Source of the DNA: Leucoraja ocellata
Lineage: Eukaryota
Length of the DNA: 64,000 nt
Direction: 5' to 3'
NCBI GenBank assembly: GCA_036785375.1
Contig: JAWMAR010000131.1
Span: 558,001-622,000 of the forward strand
Position 1 is the first letter of the stretch; the number at the start of each line of letters is the position of its first letter. The notes under the pieces were generated by a model that saw only the letters and a program-made list of their open reading frames with translations, searched no databases and had not been told where the DNA came from. Made by a program: the position numbers and the translations under genes. Positions 63,684-64,000 of this stretch are shown piece after piece.

Positions 63684-64000
63684 TTCATAAGTGATAGGAG
63701 CTGAATTAGGCCATTTGGCCAATCAAGTCTACTCTGCCATTCAATCATGGCTAATCTATCTCTCCCTCTCAACCCATTCTCCTGCCTTCTCCCCAAAACC
63801 CGACACCCGTACTAATCAAGAATCTATCAAGCTCTGCCTTAAAAATATCTATTGACGTGGCCTCCAGTCTTCTGTTGTAATTAATTCCACCGATTCATCA
63901 CCCTCCGACTAAGAAATTCCTCCTCATCTCCTTCCTAAGGGAACGCTCTTTTATTCTGAGGCTATGACATCTGGTCTTGGACACCCCCACTAGTAGAAAC
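63684..64000 (-). mobile_element. CR1/HER1-type LINE 3' end (runs off the window)
   Basis: ttcataagtgataggagctgaattaggcc…ttcctcctcatctcc…attctgaggctatgac. Confidence 0.88.

Overview
Repeat-rich vertebrate genomic DNA, very probably from a cartilaginous fish (skate/ray-like). This is inferred from CR1/HER1-type LINE 3' ends with (TTTCTATG)n-type tails, HE1/V-SINE-type tRNA SINEs and abundant Penelope-like element (PLE) debris. No complete protein-coding gene is present. ORF-track entries look spurious or derive from CR1/PLE fragments. The window appears to hold the convergent 3' ends of two unidentified genes. One is a possible + strand last exon starting at ~21844, with a 3'UTR-like region ending near 32215. 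The other is a - strand gene with a well-defined 123-nt exon (62828-62950), two candidate alternative last exons (starting 61875 and 60890) and a ~6-kb 3'UTR. The most striking hidden signal is a ~90-140-bp PLE-derived repeat, present in >20 copies, that carries a minimal type-I hammerhead ribozyme motif (CUGAnGA-stemII-GAAAC-GUC). It often occurs as head-to-head inverted dimers bounded by a single 10-16-bp target-site duplication. Other findings: two near-perfect pre-miRNA-sized hairpins (1554-1610, 55762-55833), two PIF/Harbinger-like MITEs, a hAT MITE with an 8-bp TSD, a solo LTR, a young CR1 insertion and a ~180-bp local duplication. Repeat boundaries were read by eye and are approximate.
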